DNA of 64,000 nt, taken from sequence record MZ560701, one strand, 5' to 3'. The translations under genes were made by a program, and so were the position numbers. The notes under the pieces were generated by a model, which saw only the letters and a program-made list of their open reading frames with translations, was not told the origin of the DNA and did not search any database. Shown here piece after piece: positions 57,854-64,000 of this stretch (position 1 is its first letter; every line of letters begins with the position of its first letter). The DNA comes from Escherichia phage vB_EcoM_TU01.

Positions 57854-57882
57854 TGTACATCCAAGGATGGATGGAGTATAAT
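57854..57882 (+). promoter_or_regulatory. repeated promoter cassette TGTACATCCAAGGATGGATGGAGTATAAT (family A)
   Basis: TATAAT 57877-57882. Confidence 0.55.
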
Positions 57883-57912
57883 GAATTCAACTTAAACAAA
57901 GAGAGAAAAATT

Positions 57913-58368
57913 ATGATTACTATTGGTGAAATTAAGCGTGTATCAACTGCNTCNCGNTCTAAAGCNGCAGGTCGTCTGGTTGAAGTTGTCGGACTTCGNA
58001 CNAANGGCATGGGACGTNTTAAAGAAGTTAAAGTTCGAATCATTCCTAGTTTTGGACGTCAGGATNCTCAGTANGCTTACGTAAGTCCTAAATTCCTGGA
58101 AACTCCTGTGAGNGCTCCATTTGNTTCTACTGAACCTAATGCACAGTTNAAATGGGCCCTNTGCAAAGGCGTTGAATTCCAGACCGATAAAGAATTTGAT
58201 TACATCGACGAATACGGNTATCCAAGCAAAACTGATATTATGTGTGGCTTCATTAGTGACCAATGGGTTGAAGATGGTGAAAAGTTATACAATATCGTAT
58301 TCTTAGGTGACTTCCGAGTTGTTAAAGAATCTGAAATCACTCGCTATGTGTCTCCTCGTAAAGCTTAA
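57913..58368 (+). CDS. hypothetical protein, paralogue family (member 2; N-rich)
   Basis: C-terminal GFISDQWVEDGEKLYNIVFLGDFRVV. Confidence 0.5.
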   Translation: MITIGEIKRVSTXXXSKXAGRLVEVVGLXXXGMGRXKEVKVRIIPSFGRQDXQXAYVSPKFLETPVXAPFXSTEPNAQXKWAXCKGVEFQTDKEFDYIDEYXYPSKTDIMCGFISDQWVEDGEKLYNIVFLGDFRVVKESEITRYVSPRKA

Positions 58369-58377
58369 GGAATTATT

Positions 58378-58797
58378 ATGAATATTGTAAATCTCTCTAC
58401 AGGTGATTACGTATATGTATCTGTTGCTTCTCGCTCTAAAGTTGCCGGGAAGTTGGTTGAAGTTCTTTCTGTGAGTGATCCGGTTTTTGGTCGTAACCAA
58501 GTTAAAGTTCGTGACGCCGATGGTAACATTGGTTANGTCNCAAGCCAATTCATTGAACCNGAAGAACATGCGTTCAAATGGGGACTATGCAGATCAGTTT
58601 CAGTTGAAAAAGACCATGAATTCACTATTGCTGCGGCAACTGATGGGTCTCCATGGACAACTAAGCAAGTTGCCGGTTTTATTTCGGACCGTTGGGTAGA
58701 AGATGGTGTTAAGCTTTATAACATCGTTTTCGCTGGACAGTTCATGGTAGTTCCTGAATTCCAAATTAAAAAATATAGCCCAGCGGCTTTTGCATAA
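58378..58797 (+). CDS. hypothetical protein, paralogue family (member 3)
   Basis: C-terminal GFISDRWVEDGVKLYNIVFAGQFMVV. Confidence 0.5.
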   Translation: MNIVNLSTGDYVYVSVASRSKVAGKLVEVLSVSDPVFGRNQVKVRDADGNIGXVXSQFIEXEEHAFKWGLCRSVSVEKDHEFTIAAATDGSPWTTKQVAGFISDRWVEDGVKLYNIVFAGQFMVVPEFQIKKYSPAAFA

Positions 58798-58801
58798 AGT
58801 T

Positions 58802-58848
58802 GTTTACTTCTCCTCTGGTTTTGATATTATAACCATATCAACCAGAGG
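58802..58848 (+). promoter_or_regulatory. early promoter/stem-loop (PeSL-like)
   Basis: GTTTAC 58802-58807, TATTAT 58826-58831, CCTCTGGTT/AACCAGAGG inverted repeat. Confidence 0.55.
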
Positions 58849-58856
58849 AGAATAAT

Positions 58857-59381
58857 ATGTTAGTTTACCGCGTAGAACGTAGTTTTTGTACTCAACGTGA
58901 ATCATTACCTGGAATTGCTATCGAAGACGGTAAAGCCGTCAGAATTTGGGAAACCTCTTGGAATAAAGAACCTCGTTCGCCATACGGTTGGTCGGGCACC
59001 GACAACTCTGAAGAAACATGGGAGTTCCTTGATAAGCATGGAATACTCTCAGGTAACTTCTACCATCACGGCGACAACTATAANGTCCCTAATCGTCCTA
59101 CAGTAAATGAAGACAAACTCCTTGAACAAAATATCTTAAGATACTATAGAATTGAGCACACATTTGAATTGAGTGAAGATTGGGCTCAAGGGTTCTATTT
59201 TGGATTTGAAAGTGTTGACGCGGTTTATGCATGGTTTGATGACCAGGTGGATGTTGAACTCTTGAAAGCTAAAGGATACTACATCGCGGTCTATGAAGCA
59301 CCTGATTTCATCCTCGGAAGTTGTCAATTAATGTTCAGACGTTCATTGGCAGAACAAGTTGATTTTATTTTGCTAAAATGA
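58857..59381 (+). CDS. hypothetical protein
   Basis: GAGGAG RBS. Confidence 0.5.
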   Translation: MLVYRVERSFCTQRESLPGIAIEDGKAVRIWETSWNKEPRSPYGWSGTDNSEETWEFLDKHGILSGNFYHHGDNYXVPNRPTVNEDKLLEQNILRYYRIEHTFELSEDWAQGFYFGFESVDAVYAWFDDQVDVELLKAKGYYIAVYEAPDFILGSCQLMFRRSLAEQVDFILLK

Positions 59382-59416
59382 TGTACAACAACTATGGTCT
59401 ATGATACTATAGACCT
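59382..59416 (+). promoter_or_regulatory. early promoter/stem-loop (PeSL-like)
   Basis: TGTACA 59382-59387, TACTAT 59406-59411, GGTCTA/TAGACC stem. Confidence 0.5.
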
Positions 59417-59438
59417 ATCAAAACAAGAGGAGAATATT

Positions 59439-59666
59439 ATGAAACGTCAAATCATTAAAAACGTAACTACTGATTCAAACATCGATGAGTTTGAAGATGT
59501 TCTGTTTAATCCTGATTTAGTTGTTGTACAGAAAAACTGGACTGAATTTTTATGCTACACTGAAGTGGTTTACGTTTACGAAAAACTCGGTGACGAAATG
59601 CCTATCTATGGCATCTTCCGTGAAATCACTGAAAATGGTACAACTTATTGGAAGGAAACTTACTAA
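59439..59666 (+). CDS. hypothetical protein
   Basis: GAGGAG RBS; ORF open from 59394 but that start lies inside the promoter hairpin. Confidence 0.4.
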   Translation: MKRQIIKNVTTDSNIDEFEDVLFNPDLVVVQKNWTEFLCYTEVVYVYEKLGDEMPIYGIFREITENGTTYWKETY

Positions 59667-60076
59667 TGGCTAATAAATTCCGCGTTAACTCATGGTACCA
59701 ATTTATAGATAAACGTGCCCAAGAAGAGTTTATTAAAGACCACACTGATAANGGGATTTATGCACGACGTCTTGGCATGGAACCTTTTAAAATTTTAGAT
59801 GTTGACCATCTTNGNCGTCCTACTAAAATTTTAACATCTACTGGCACGGTTGGATACGCAACAGGTGGTGATATCCTTGATGAAAACTTTATCTGGCTCT
59901 CCACGAATGAAGCAGAGTTTTTTGATGAAGTTGAAAATCCATATCAAGCGTCCGAAGAGCAAGATTCTGATGAACTTGACGAATTGTCTGAATTTCCGGT
60001 GATGACGATTACTATCGAAAATAACGACCAGGCATGGTCTTTGTATCAAATGTTGAAAGCACATTTTAAGGAATAA
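59666..60076 (+). CDS. hypothetical acidic protein
   Basis: TAATG overlap. Confidence 0.45.
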   Translation: MANKFRVNSWYQFIDKRAQEEFIKDHTDXGIYARRLGMEPFKILDVDHLXRPTKILTSTGTVGYATGGDILDENFIWLSTNEAEFFDEVENPYQASEEQDSDELDELSEFPVMTITIENNDQAWSLYQMLKAHFKE

Positions 60077-60078
60077 TA

Positions 60079-60258
60079 ATGCCGTTATACGACTATAAAT
60101 GTCAATCTGAAGATTGTGGTCATGAATATGAAAAAATTAAAAGGATTTCTGAACGAGAAAACGATGTTTGCCCTGAATGTCATCGTCTGTCTACTCGTCG
60201 GGTTTCTGCTCCTAAACATGTGAATGGTGGTTTTTACGACTTACTTAAGAAGGGTTAA
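60079..60258 (+). CDS. small zinc-ribbon protein (FmdB-like MPLYDYKC...CPEC)
   Basis: MPLYDYKCQSEDCGHEYEKIKRISERENDVCPECH. Confidence 0.5.
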   Translation: MPLYDYKCQSEDCGHEYEKIKRISERENDVCPECHRLSTRRVSAPKHVNGGFYDLLKKG

Positions 60259-60260
60259 TT

Positions 60261-60683
60261 ATGGCTTTTAAAGGTTTTGAAGTTGGTAAGAAATATCGTA
60301 TTATCAAAGGACAGGAAGATAATTTCTTGAGACTTCTTAATACGACTGGTAAACGTCTTAATACTAATCTGCATACTNCTTTATTGTCNAAAGATTTTAT
60401 TGTAGAAGAGATGATTGGTTACGGCGTTTCGATTATTGCCGNNNNNNNNNNNNNNNNNNNNNNNNNNNTCATTAGTATGCAAGGTGATATTCTGCTTTAT
60501 GGTGCAGAATTTAAATTCTTTGAAGAAGTTCCGGAACCAGATACAGCTGTCGATTTCAAAAAAGGCTCTGTAGAATTTGTTGATGGTTCGGTGATCGTAT
60601 CAGGCGATGTGGTCATTACAGTTAAAAGTGAACAAGGGCGTTTGGCTGCAATTGATGCACTTCAGAAAATTAAATTTAAATAA
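60261..60683 (+). CDS. hypothetical protein (contains N-masked block)
   Basis: ORF track. Confidence 0.45.
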   Translation: MAFKGFEVGKKYRIIKGQEDNFLRLLNTTGKRLNTNLHTXLLXKDFIVEEMIGYGVSIIAXXXXXXXXXXISMQGDILLYGAEFKFFEEVPEPDTAVDFKKGSVEFVDGSVIVSGDVVITVKSEQGRLAAIDALQKIKFK

Positions 60684-60702
60684 GGGCTTCGGCCCTTTTT
60701 GC
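60684..60702 (+). terminator. rho-independent terminator GGGC-TTCG-GCCC + TTTTT
   Basis: GC stem, UUCG loop, T-run after stop. Confidence 0.65.
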
Positions 60703-60746
60703 TTTAGATTTCGGATGATAGAATACCTTCATAACGAGGAGACAAC

Positions 60747-62564
60747 ATGATTAAAAATGAAATTAAGGTATTGTCAGATGTAGAACATATTAAGAAACGT
60801 AGTGGTATGTATATTGGTTCTTCGGCTAAAGAAGCNCANGAGCGTTTTTTGTTTGGTAAATATCAACAAGTTGAATATGTTCCTGGTCTGGTTAAATTAA
60901 TCGATGAGATTATTGACAACTCGGTTGATGAAGCTATTCGTACATCATTTAAGTTTGCAAATAAAATTGATGTGCAAATTAAAAATAATCAAGTTTCGGT
61001 GGAAGATAACGGACGTGGTATTCCTCAAGGTTTAGTTACCGACCAAACAGGTGAACAAATTCCTGGTCCTGTAGCAGCCTGGACTATTCCAAAGGCTGGT
61101 GGTAACTTTGGTGATGACTCTGAACGCAAGACTGGTGGTATGAANGGCGTCGGGAGTAGTTTAACTAATATCTTCTCTACGTTGTTTACAGGCATCACGT
61201 CNGATGGCGAAAATGAAATCACTGTTAACTGTTCAAACGGAATGGAAAACAAATCNTGGTCTTCTAAGAAATCTAAAGGTAAAGGCACTAAAGTAATCTT
61301 CACTCCTGATTTCTCTTCNTTTGAAGAGCATAATTTATCTCAAATTTATTTAGATATTACTTTAGACCGACTTCAAACATTGGCAGTCGTTTATCCTGAT
61401 ATCAAGTTCACATTTAATGGTAAAAAGGTTGATGGTAATTTTAAACGATTTGCTAAACAATTTGGTGAAGATAACATCATTCAAGAAAATGATAAAGTCT
61501 CTATAGCNTTCACAACATCACCAGANGGCTTCCGTCATTTAACTTATGTGAATAACATCCATACTAAAAATGGNGGTCATCATGTTGAATGTGTAATGGA
61601 TGATATCTGCGAACATCTTTTGCCTGGNATTAAAAAGAAATATAAGGGTATTGAAGTCACTAAAGCTCGTGTTAAAGAATGTCTCACAATGTTGATGTTT
61701 ATTAGAGACATGAGCAACATGCGTTTTGATTCTCAGACTAAAGAACGTTTAACGTCAACGTATGGTGATATTCGTAATCATATCCAATTAGATGCTAAGA
61801 AAATTGCTCAGGCACTTCTTAAAAANGAAGCCTTGATTATGCCTATTGTTGAAGCAGCATTAGCTCGTAAATTGGCNGCAGAAAAGGCTGCAGAAACTAA
61901 AGCAGCTAAAAAGGCAACTAAAGCTAAGGTTCATAAGCATATTAAAGCTAACCAATGNGGTAAAGANGCAGATACGACATTGTTCTTAACAGAAGGTGAT
62001 TCGGCAATTGGTTATCTCATTGATGTTCGTGACCGTGAACTACACGGTGGATTCCCANTACGTGGTAAGGTAATGAATAGCTGGGGTATGTCATATGCTG
62101 ATATGATGAAGAACAAAGAGCTCTTTGATATCTGTGCTATCACAGGTCTTATTCTTGGTGAAAAGGCAGAGAATACGAACTATCGTAATATTGCAATTAT
62201 GACCGATGCCGATCATGACGGTCTTGGAAGTATTTATCCGGCTTTGCTTGCTTTCTTTAGTAATTGGCCTGAATTGTTTGAACAAGGACGTATTCGCTTT
62301 GTTAAAACGCCTGTAATTATTGCACAAATTGGCAAAACTCAAAAATGGTTTTATACTGTAGCTGAGTATGAAGAAGCTAAAGATACACTGCCTAAGCATA
62401 GTATTCGATACATCAAGGGATTGGGCTCCCTTGAAAAGTCAGAATATCGTGAAATGATTCAGAACCCTGTGTACGACGTAGTTAAACTTCCTGAAAATTG
62501 GAAAGAACTCTTTGAAATGTTGTTGGGTGANGATTCAGAACTTCGTAAAGAATGGATGTCCTAA
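60747..62564 (+). CDS. 39: DNA topoisomerase II large subunit, single uninterrupted 39+60 ORF
   Basis: 605 aa; GHKL ATPase N-terminus plus C-terminal region that T4 encodes separately as gene 60. Confidence 0.92.
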   Translation: MIKNEIKVLSDVEHIKKRSGMYIGSSAKEXXERFLFGKYQQVEYVPGLVKLIDEIIDNSVDEAIRTSFKFANKIDVQIKNNQVSVEDNGRGIPQGLVTDQTGEQIPGPVAAWTIPKAGGNFGDDSERKTGGMXGVGSSLTNIFSTLFTGITXDGENEITVNCSNGMENKXWSSKKSKGKGTKVIFTPDFSXFEEHNLSQIYLDITLDRLQTLAVVYPDIKFTFNGKKVDGNFKRFAKQFGEDNIIQENDKVSIXFTTSPXGFRHLTYVNNIHTKNXGHHVECVMDDICEHLLPXIKKKYKGIEVTKARVKECLTMLMFIRDMSNMRFDSQTKERLTSTYGDIRNHIQLDAKKIAQALLKXEALIMPIVEAALARKLXAEKAAETKAAKKATKAKVHKHIKANQXGKXADTTLFLTEGDSAIGYLIDVRDRELHGGFPXRGKVMNSWGMSYADMMKNKELFDICAITGLILGEKAENTNYRNIAIMTDADHDGLGSIYPALLAFFSNWPELFEQGRIRFVKTPVIIAQIGKTQKWFYTVAEYEEAKDTLPKHSIRYIKGLGSLEKSEYREMIQNPVYDVVKLPENWKELFEMLLGXDSELRKEWMS

Positions 62565-62606
62565 GCTCCTTCGGGAGCTTCATTTTAATTTTAATAAGGC
62601 TTAATT

Positions 62607-63707
62607 ATGAAAGTTATGTTTATCCCATCTCGNGCAGTCCCATTTAATCCTGACCGTGTACAAGGTGGNCTTGAAGCAGTACATTTAAATGTGTTGAAAT
62701 ATCTTGTGTCCATCGGTGCTGATATTGATTATATCGGCTTTGATAATGACACGTTTGGTGACTGGAAAGTTAAACACCATCCTGTTGGTCATCTGACTAA
62801 ATTCAGTCTAGGTATGAGTTATACTATGGCTCGTAAGATTGTTGAACTAGCNGGCATCCATGAATACGATTTTGTTGTTACTATGGAACCGACTAAACTA
62901 ACCGTTCAGGCAATTAAAGACGCAGGTCTCTCTAAAGTTCATAAGAATTTTATGGCAACACCATTTGAACCGGTATCTCGTGGCATTGTTCAAATTTGGG
63001 ACCANACTATTCAAATTCATAAGAATGGTGGTAAGAGTTATGCTCCTACTAAAGCCTTCCGTGAATTTGAACGCAAATATTGTTATATGACTTCAGGTCT
63101 GACTGACAAAATTGATTATGATTATTGGCGAGCAAATCCGTTGTTTGAAGCCGAAGATTATCCGGTTATTTGTTTGANTGAGAAACCNGAAGTTCTTCCG
63201 GCNACTGATNTGATTATTAGTGCACAACGTTATGACACTAAAATGCGTCGTACTGATGTTGCTCTTGAAGCGATTAAAGCACTAGGCGAAAATGGTGTAG
63301 GATACTGTCCTAGTAAATGGGCACCACCAGCTAAATATCCTGTTATTATTGATGCTCCACACAGTGAAATCATGGAACGTCTTAAAACAGCTAAAGCACT
63401 TATTAATACGTGTCCTGACACAGGTACNGTAGAGAATAGTTCTATTGAAGCCATCTCTAAAGGTGTCCCTGTAATCCAGTTAGTTTTTAAGGATTATCCT
63501 CATGCGACATTCGAATACGACCCAGATACTGTGCGTGTAGAAATTGATTCCTCTACTCCTAAGAAAGAAGTAGTTGCGCTTTACACAAAAGCTGTATTAG
63601 AATTCACTGACACATACGAAGCTCGAGTTAAACGNGCTGAAGCAGTATGGAAGAAGTATAATCGAGATGCAGTTGTTGCGATGTGGGATAAAATCTTCAC
63701 AGCGTAA
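62607..63707 (+). CDS. GT-B-fold glycosyltransferase (GT4-like), candidate DNA sugar transferase
   Basis: N-terminal MKVMFIPS..PFNPDRVQGGLEAVHLNVLKYL and C-terminal ENSSIEAISKGVPVI resemble GT4 motifs; N-containing. Confidence 0.6.
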   Translation: MKVMFIPSXAVPFNPDRVQGXLEAVHLNVLKYLVSIGADIDYIGFDNDTFGDWKVKHHPVGHLTKFSLGMSYTMARKIVELXGIHEYDFVVTMEPTKLTVQAIKDAGLSKVHKNFMATPFEPVSRGIVQIWDXTIQIHKNGGKSYAPTKAFREFERKYCYMTSGLTDKIDYDYWRANPLFEAEDYPVICLXEKXEVLPXTDXIISAQRYDTKMRRTDVALEAIKALGENGVGYCPSKWAPPAKYPVIIDAPHSEIMERLKTAKALINTCPDTGXVENSSIEAISKGVPVIQLVFKDYPHATFEYDPDTVRVEIDSSTPKKEVVALYTKAVLEFTDTYEARVKXAEAVWKKYNRDAVVAMWDKIFTA

Positions 63708-63799
63708 ATCCTGAATNGCCTGAGGCACTATTACACANAAGATGATAGATTATATGGTCTTTANTAATAGTGCCCTAGGAATCTACTGAAGAGAATATT

Positions 63800-64000
63800 A
63801 TGAGAACATATAACGTGGACTTGGANCTTTTTGATAAAGCGGTGCTCCGGGAATTCCGGCTTATCCAAAGATTTTTTGANATCGAGTCAGCAGAGTCCTT
63901 TAAAGAACGCTTTAAAGAAATTCGATATAAAATACAAACCGATACAGCTACTAAAGAAGAACTTCTTGAAGTAGCAGAAATTTTTAAACGTAACTTGTGA
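63800..64000 (+). CDS. small hypothetical protein; stop coincides with window end
   Basis: ORF track; AGAGAATATT upstream. Confidence 0.4.
   Translation: MRTYNVDLXLFDKAVLREFRLIQRFFXIESAESFKERFKEIRYKIQTDTATKEELLEVAEIFKRNL

Overview
This window is a contiguous early/middle-gene block of a T4-like (Tevenvirinae) coliphage, read in the opposite orientation to the standard T4 map, running from lysozyme e (5'-truncated at nt 1) through gene 39 and beyond. Essentially all coding is on the + strand with T4-style overlapping stop/start junctions (ATGA, TAATG). Confidently recognised T4 orthologues, in order: e, denV, regB, tk, nrdC, 49, nrdD, nrdG, nrdH-like, 55, 47, 46, rpbA, 45, 44, 62, regA, 43, 42, uvsX, 40, 41, dmd, 61, 56, soc, modB, modA, srd, dda, dexA, 39(+60 fused). 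From memory, the gp43 sequence matches the RB69 DNA polymerase, so the source is probably RB69 or a very close relative; this was not checked by any search. The main finding is a sugar-activation module inserted between genes 43 and 42: SIS-domain sugar-phosphate isomerase, small HAD phosphatase, kinase/nucleotidyltransferase fusion, and a Cys-rich enzyme. Together with non-homologous genes at the beta-gt locus, a GT-B glycosyltransferase after gene 39, and no alpha-gt between 55 and 47, it suggests a non-glucose hypermodification of hmC DNA, plausibly the arabinosyl-hmC reported for RB69-like phages. Other points: a cassette of capsid-targeting-sequence internal proteins beside a duplicated denV 5' fragment, many repeated early-promoter/stem-loop (PeSL-like) cassettes, a macro-domain protein, a Pol-beta nucleotidyltransferase and AAA ATPase pair, several small paralogue families, and one reverse-strand small membrane ORF. 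No tRNA, rRNA, CRISPR array, intron or classical mobile element was found. The sequence contains scattered N and several N-masked blocks. Exact starts of small ORFs and limits of regulatory elements are approximate.
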